The position numbers were made by a program, and so were the translations under genes. Positions 58,741 through 64,000 of a stretch of 64,000 nucleotides of DNA are shown piece by piece. The number at the start of each line of letters is the position of its first letter. Position 1 is the first letter of the stretch. A model generated the notes under the pieces. That model worked only from the letters and a program-made list of their open reading frames with translations, was not told where the DNA came from and searched no databases. This stretch comes from an uncultured delta proteobacterium (lineage in GTDB: Bacteria; Myxococcota; Myxococcia; Myxococcales; Myxococcaceae). The DNA lies in NCBI GenBank assembly GCA_963796055.1, contig CAWCKH010000004.1:3008001-3072000 (forward strand), given 5' to 3'.

Positions 58741-61700
58741 TCACGGACTCAGTCGCGCCAGCGCGAGAACGGTCGTTCCGCCAGAACGGGCGAATCCGCC
58801 CACCACCAGCTTCCCGTCCGCCTGCTGCACGACGGCCTCGGCGCCGTCCCGGCCGCCGAAGAAGTCGACGGTCAGCTTCCCCTCCGCGCCGAAGCTTGCG
58901 TCGAGTGCGAGCCCGGTGTCGTTGAAGCGCGCGATGGCCATGTCGGGGTTGCTCCCCAGATTCGCTGATTGACCCACCACGACGATCTTCCCGTCCGCCT
59001 GCACGAGCATCGAGCGCGGGCTGTCGGATTCGGTGGTGAAGGTGATGACCGGCTGCGGTACCCGGGGCGGGGGCACACCGTTCGCCGGAACGTGTGCCAG
59101 TCCAAAGCCGAAGGCGATGCCGCCGGTGGTCGCTCCGGCAGCGAAGCGAATGGCGCCGAGGATGGTTCCGTCGCCCAGGACGACCACGTCCACGGCCTCA
59201 TCGTGCCCGGGCATCACCGCGTCGACGGTGCCGTTGTTCACGGGGCCGAACGTGTCATCACGCGTGCCGGGAAGCTGCACCTGGCCGTCGCCGAGGTAAC
59301 GCACGAAGCCCGTGTCGGGGTCCTCGGCGCCGTTCGGCGCGGTGCTCCCCGCCACCACGATCTTCCCGTCGCTCTGAATGGCGAGCCCATTGGCGATGCT
59401 GAAGGAATTGCCCGGTGAGTCGGTGGTCTTGCCGTCGAGGGAGAAGGTGAGATCGGGCGTCCCGTCCGCGTCGTACCGAGCGATAGCGAAGGCGACGGAG
59501 CTCGAGGTCGCGGAGATGGGTTGCACGGCGAACCCGACCACGAGGATCTTCCCGTCGGGCTGGAGGCGCATGCGTCGCACCTGATCGGTGCTGCCGAAGA
59601 AGTCAGTGGTCACGTGGCCACCACTTCCGAAGGTGGTGTCCAGCGAACCGTCGGGGTTGAACCGGGTCAGGGCAAAGTTGTCAGAGCCGACGACAACGGT
59701 GCTGGTGCTGCCGGTGCCGGCCACGACGATCTTGCCATCGGCCTGCACCGCGACGTCCATCGCGGTGTCGAGCACGCCGTTGTCGAACACCACGTTGACC
59801 ACGCCTGCGGTGCCGAATGTCGTGTCCATCGAGCCATCGGCATTCAACCGCAGTAGCTTCAGGCCACCGACCAGCAAGATCCTCCCGTCGCTCTGCAGCG
59901 CCATGCCGATGCGAGCGCCGAGGAGGCTGGGCGAGTAACCCACGCTGGTGACCGCACGGCCGCCGTCGCCGAACGACGGATCGAGGCCCCCCGGCGGCGT
60001 GGGCGTGGTGCAGGTGACTGAGATGTTCGTGACGTTCGTACCGCTCACCGTGCCAGTGCCGTTCGCGACCGTGCACGCCTGAAGGGGATTGCCCGGCTGG
60101 GTGTCGACCCGGACGTCGTAGCTCCTCCCGTCGAGGCGCGCCGTCGGAAAGACGAATGTCCCGTTGCTGCCCACTGCCACCGTTTGCTGTTCGAGCACGT
60201 CGCGAAGCACGAGTCCGGTGCCGAGCAGTCCAGTCACCGTCCCGCCGAGAGTGAAGCTCTGGGGCAGCGGGTGGGTATCGTCGATGATCGTCACGGCGCT
60301 GCTCGCCTGGCCCAGCGTTGCGCATCCGGTCGGTTCGGTCAGATTGACCGTGAACGTCTCGTCCCCCTCGGCGGCGGGGCTGTACACGAGCGGCACCTTG
60401 ATGAGCTTCGGGCTGGTGTCGCCGTCCTCGAAGGTGACGGTGGTCTGGACGCTCTGATAGTCGCCGGGCGCCGTCGCCGTGCCGTCGCTGGTCGTCACCT
60501 TGGCGCCCACCTGCCCGCTACTGCCGCCGATGCGCAGGACGAGGAGGTCGACTCCCGCAGCCCCGGCGCCCTCGAAAACCTCGTAGCTCGGCGAGAAGAA
60601 CTCCAGCGCTCCTGCGGAAGGCAAGCCGCGGCACTCGGCTGGTAGGCTCGGATCGTCCGACGGCGGAAGAGGTTCCGGACGATCCGTCGGCTCAAGCCCT
60701 TCGGCGATCAGCTGCGGATCGCCATCGATTCGGGTCGGGTCGCGGAAGAACGCGCCGAGGTAGCTGAACTCTCCTTTCGTCCGGCCATCGAAGACGTACG
60801 TGGAGACGTCCACATGGACGGTGAACTCCTCGCCGACGTCGACATTCGAAAGGTCGATCGGGATGAGCAGTTGCGTCTTCAAGCTCAGTCGAGCCTGGCT
60901 TCCCTCCTCGAGGCCGAGATCGGGAGCGAAAGCCACGCCATCGTCGTTCCAGAGGGGTTCCGCGTCTATCCCTCCATCGGGCAGGGGCAAGGCATGGAGC
61001 TTGGTGTCGGGAATCCAGTGGCTGCGCCAACCTCTCAACCTGAGACTTCCGGCCCCCCGGAAGAGCTTCGGAAGGCGCGTGCTGTGGGCCGCAAGCGTGA
61101 AGTCGATGGACGCATTCATCTCCCCGGCGCACTCCGGATCGCGAAAGTCGCAGGGCAGCAGCTCGGTTGAACCGTCGTCGTATGCTTCGATGCGTGCCTG
61201 GGTAATCAGCATGTGTAGTTTCGCGTCCGTGGTCCCCTTTCGATAGCTCTGCGTCTGGTGGTAGTTCAGAAAATTCCCGCCCAGGTCTTGCGCCTGATGG
61301 CCGATCGGCGCCTCGGCGTAGACGCCGTAGATTCCGCCGCCCGGACTCGAGAAGATTCGACCGCTCGAGCGGAACTCGCGCGGCAGGAGGTCCGGCAAGG
61401 GAACTCCGGGATCAAGCATCGTCCCGGGACCGAAGTCGTAGTCCCGCTCCAGAACCCCGCCGTCCTGCTGGTTCTGGTCGCGAAACGGGAGCACCGGGGC
61501 GTGGTCTCGACGGTAGTCCCGCGCATCCCAGCTCTTGAAGGGAGTCCCCTTCTCGAGCGGCGGCGTTGGGGGCGATCCCACATCGAGGCCCGAGAAGCTC
61601 CGGACGGTGCCCATCATCTTCGCCCCGCTCGCCGTCCCGGAGGTCACCGCGGCCCAGCCGGTCATTGCTGCGTTGGTCTTGTAGAGCACCGGCTGGGTCC

Positions 61701-62031
61701 CCGGAGGAACCAGGGCCGGGTCGAACGGAACGGTGATCGTCACGGGCACGGAGAAGCTCGTTCCGTGGGGCGTGAACGCGAACATGGGGCCGAAGGGCAC
61801 GACGCCCGCCGGCAATACCGGTAATCCGCTACTCGTCTGGGTGATGGCGATCGGTGTGACTGCCGAGAGTGCCCCGGGCGGAATCACCACCTGGGCCCCG
61901 GACGGTCCGGTCACCGTCCCTCCCGCCGGACCGATGCCAGATCCAGATGTTTGCCCCGGCGGACGGTCCGCACCTCCGCAGCCGCAGACGACGAGGACTG
62001 CAGAAACGGCGACCACCCACCTGCGAGACAT
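58741..62031 (-). CDS. Large surface lipoprotein: ZU5-like, Calx-beta and delta-60-repeat beta-propeller domains
   Basis: Lipobox VCGC; IGPAGG.V...IPPGAL...FTPHGTSF..PVTIT; DGTATAPGDY..TVTFEDG..EGDETFTVNL; ~7 Q.DGKI.V.G / DGS.DTTFG repeats. Confidence 0.85.
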   Translation of the reverse strand: MSRRWVVAVSAVLVVCGCGGADRPPGQTSGSGIGPAGGTVTGPSGAQVVIPPGALSAVTPIAITQTSSGLPVLPAGVVPFGPMFAFTPHGTSFSVPVTITVPFDPALVPPGTQPVLYKTNAAMTGWAAVTSGTASGAKMMGTVRSFSGLDVGSPPTPPLEKGTPFKSWDARDYRRDHAPVLPFRDQNQQDGGVLERDYDFGPGTMLDPGVPLPDLLPREFRSSGRIFSSPGGGIYGVYAEAPIGHQAQDLGGNFLNYHQTQSYRKGTTDAKLHMLITQARIEAYDDGSTELLPCDFRDPECAGEMNASIDFTLAAHSTRLPKLFRGAGSLRLRGWRSHWIPDTKLHALPLPDGGIDAEPLWNDDGVAFAPDLGLEEGSQARLSLKTQLLIPIDLSNVDVGEEFTVHVDVSTYVFDGRTKGEFSYLGAFFRDPTRIDGDPQLIAEGLEPTDRPEPLPPSDDPSLPAECRGLPSAGALEFFSPSYEVFEGAGAAGVDLLVLRIGGSSGQVGAKVTTSDGTATAPGDYQSVQTTVTFEDGDTSPKLIKVPLVYSPAAEGDETFTVNLTEPTGCATLGQASSAVTIIDDTHPLPQSFTLGGTVTGLLGTGLVLRDVLEQQTVAVGSNGTFVFPTARLDGRSYDVRVDTQPGNPLQACTVANGTGTVSGTNVTNISVTCTTPTPPGGLDPSFGDGGRAVTSVGYSPSLLGARIGMALQSDGRILLVGGLKLLRLNADGSMDTTFGTAGVVNVVFDNGVLDTAMDVAVQADGKIVVAGTGSTSTVVVGSDNFALTRFNPDGSLDTTFGSGGHVTTDFFGSTDQVRRMRLQPDGKILVVGFAVQPISATSSSVAFAIARYDADGTPDLTFSLDGKTTDSPGNSFSIANGLAIQSDGKIVVAGSTAPNGAEDPDTGFVRYLGDGQVQLPGTRDDTFGPVNNGTVDAVMPGHDEAVDVVVLGDGTILGAIRFAAGATTGGIAFGFGLAHVPANGVPPPRVPQPVITFTTESDSPRSMLVQADGKIVVVGQSANLGSNPDMAIARFNDTGLALDASFGAEGKLTVDFFGGRDGAEAVVQQADGKLVVGGFARSGGTTVLALARLSP

Positions 62032-62209
62032 TGCTTCGTCCATGCGCCACCTCGCCAGGCAAGGACGGAAACCGGTCCTAAACCCGGACATCCCGGGCTC
62101 GATGGACGATTTCAGGGCGACGGGATGAGCCCGATTCCGGCAGTGCCGCGGAGGTGGGCGATCGGATGTGAACGTCCGACAGGTCGGCCCGACATCGAGG
62201 TGTCAAACA

Positions 62210-63504
62210 CTGACGAATCCCCACTTCTCGTGAGGCAGAGCGCGAGGAAAGTCGGGAGCTTGAACGGCGCGTGGCCGCGACACGTCACGCTTGTTCTTGT
62301 GAGAAAACCAGGATCAGTAGACGCGGCCCGCGCCGCGCTTCTTGTCGCGCGTTTCACCAGCCCTCTGCAAGCAGTCCTCGACACCCGGCTCGTCAGCGCG
62401 CTGACGGTCGCAGTGACGGCGGCCTGCATGGGCGCCCAGCTGACGCTGACGTCCCTGGGGCGATGGCTTCCCGGACCAGCGCTTCGCAAGCACTCAGTGA
62501 AGCGCATCGACCGGCTCCTCGGGAACAACAGGTTGCACCTGAAGCTGGCGGCGTGTTGGGCAGCGCTGGCCGCCCTTCCCGCGAAGGGCCGCATCGTCCT
62601 CCTCATCGACTGGACGGGCGCCAACGACGGCAAGCAGTGGTGGGTGCTCAGTGCGTCCCTCGCCGCCGCTGGCAGAGCCATCCCGCTCTACGACGCCGTC
62701 TTCGGCAAGGGAGAGTACGACTCGGTCCGAGCACGGGAGACCTTCCTGCGAGAGCTCGAGCGGATTCTGCCTCCGTGCAGGCGAGTCATCTTCGTGGCCG
62801 ATGCTGGCTTTCGGGTGCCCTTTCTCAAGCAGCTGGCTTCCCGCGGCTGGGACTTCGTCGTCCGTCTACGTGGCCGCCCCTACGTCCTGCTCAAGCGCAC
62901 CGGTGAGAGCTTCCGGCTGAAGGAACTCCGCCGTCGCGCAAGGCCAACGGCAGCGTCGCTCGGCCCGGCACAGGTTTGTCGAGGTAGCAAAGCCTTCGTG
63001 TGCCGCCAACTCGTGCTCTTCCGGACGCGGCGGAAGGGACGCAAAGCGAAGGACCGACTGGGCCGTGTCCGGAAGTGGCGACGGAGCCGTCACTACGCCT
63101 CCTCGTGGCGGGAACCGTGGGTGCTGCTCACGTCCCTGCCGGACGGCGCCGAGAGGATTCGGCAGCTCTACTCGATGCGCATGGCCATCGAGGAGACCTT
63201 CCGAGACATCAAGAACCCACGCCTCGGCATGGGTTTCGCCGGCTCCGCCTCACGCTCGCTCCCTCGGGTACGCGTCCTGTGGCTCATCGGCGCCATCGCC
63301 GCGAAGGTCTGCAGGGCGATGGGCGAGCACGCCGAGAAGATAGGCCTCGTCCGCGGGCTTCAGGCCAACACCATCAAAGACCGACGGGTGCTCTCCGTCT
63401 TCCGTGCCGGGATGCTCGTCCTCAACATACTCCTCGCCCCCCTCCGGGACGCTCTTGGCAGTCCACCACCCCTACTGCTCGCATGAGAAGTGGGGATCCG
63501 TCAG
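62210..63504 (+). mobile_element. Complete IS4-family (IS10-like) insertion sequence, 1295 bp
   Basis: Left end CTGACGAATCCCCACTTCTC at 62210; right end reverse complement CTGACGGATCCCCACTTCTC ending at 63504 (19/20 match); 9-bp direct repeats TGTCAAACA at 62201-62209 and 63505-63513. Confidence 0.95.
62299..63486 (+). CDS. IS4-family DDE transposase
   Basis: LIDWT, VADAGF and YSMRMAIEETFRDIK (Y-x2-R-x3-E-x6-K). Start uncertain and must lie inside the element. Stop falls at the inner edge of the right inverted repeat. Confidence 0.93.
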   Translation: MRKPGSVDAARAALLVARFTSPLQAVLDTRLVSALTVAVTAACMGAQLTLTSLGRWLPGPALRKHSVKRIDRLLGNNRLHLKLAACWAALAALPAKGRIVLLIDWTGANDGKQWWVLSASLAAAGRAIPLYDAVFGKGEYDSVRARETFLRELERILPPCRRVIFVADAGFRVPFLKQLASRGWDFVVRLRGRPYVLLKRTGESFRLKELRRRARPTAASLGPAQVCRGSKAFVCRQLVLFRTRRKGRKAKDRLGRVRKWRRSRHYASSWREPWVLLTSLPDGAERIRQLYSMRMAIEETFRDIKNPRLGMGFAGSASRSLPRVRVLWLIGAIAAKVCRAMGEHAEKIGLVRGLQANTIKDRRVLSVFRAGMLVLNILLAPLRDALGSPPPLLLA

Positions 63505-63546
63505 TGTCAAACACCTTCGCTTCCCTCGCGCCGGCGGGCCACCCCG

Positions 63547-64000
63547 TCACCGGACCAGCCGCACCCGCATCGCCGGGGTCCCGCCGCGACGGGAATGGGC
63601 CTCCCAGGACAGCGTCTCGACTGCCGAATAGACAGTCGAGGCGAGGAAGGGGTCGGGTGGGGTGACGGGAAAGACCCGTCCGACGATCCGCGGCTCCCTC
63701 CAGCGGGCCTCGACCACCGAGAGGAGATCCTTCTGCCCAGGGACTCGCCAGTCCGAATGCCCGGCGAAGCCGCCGCTCTCATCGAGCTGCCGGGCCGCCG
63801 CGAGCGCCGCCTTCCACGTCAGGGTCTGCGGAGCGCCGGCGGACGGCAGGCATCGGTCGTCCTCGAGCTGCTCGGGACTTCCACCGTCATCGAGGGCCGT
63901 GCCGAGGGGGCAGCGCTGCCAGATCGACCCGGTCCGTTGGTCCAGAGCGGTTCCGTCGGGCCGCACGAGGAACCGCTCCCCGGGGAGGTTCCGGGACTGC
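63547..64000 (-). CDS. DUF1566 (Lcl C-terminal) domain protein, partial and possibly degenerate
   Basis: DGTALDQRTGSIWQRC..G, LTW..AL, GFAGHSDWRVP and terminal VRLVR. 5' end lies outside the window. Confidence 0.75.
   Translation of the reverse strand, partial: QSRNLPGERFLVRPDGTALDQRTGSIWQRCPLGTALDDGGSPEQLEDDRCLPSAGAPQTLTWKAALAAARQLDESGGFAGHSDWRVPGQKDLLSVVEARWREPRIVGRVFPVTPPDPFLASTVYSAVETLSWEAHSRRGGTPAMRVRLVR

Noticed and set aside
61951..62298. N-terminal extension of the 511-aa transposase ORF
   Set aside because: The ORF-track start lies outside the left inverted repeat at 62210, so the extension is fortuitous.
63547..64000. Diversity-generating retroelement targeting the DUF1566 gene
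   Set aside because: No reverse transcriptase or template repeat is visible in this window.

Overview
High-GC bacterial chromosomal segment. Gene content (CHASE2 cyclases, AMIN-LptD-XRE block, split nuo genes, DUF4398/OmpA pair) suggests Myxococcota; this is an inference. About 55 credible genes are present, and most other ORF-track entries are GC-driven shadow ORFs. Core blocks: purM-purN plus an FAD oxidoreductase missing from the ORF track; a CHASE2 adenylate cyclase-Crp-class II phosphodiesterase module; accD-folC; AMIN-rod protein and lptD; TetR-crotonase-BKACE; a YqjD/YqjE/YtxH-like stress cluster; a second, atypical CHASE2 cyclase; an orphan PTS IIC; feoAB with a Fur-type box; complex I genes split as nuoAB and nuoCDGHI around a ~10 kb block (thioesterase, Tat flavo-oxidase, EXORDIUM-like protein, Dpp/Opp ABC transporter, CpcT-like lipoprotein); Rrf2; a deoxyhypusine-synthase-like gene; a lower-GC delta-60 repeat lipoprotein; and a complete IS4-family (IS10-like) element with 9-bp target duplications. 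Best leads: (1) the second cyclase, with Glu at the purine-specifying Lys position, Thr for the catalytic Asn and a SPOR-like insertion in its sensor; (2) a CpcT bilin-lyase-like lipoprotein heading a Dpp-type importer, possibly for tetrapyrrole scavenging; (3) a Cys/His-wHTH gene pair after feoAB. Several decay scars and frameshifts were found. No rRNA, tRNA or CRISPR array was recognised. All family calls come from motif recognition, not database searches.
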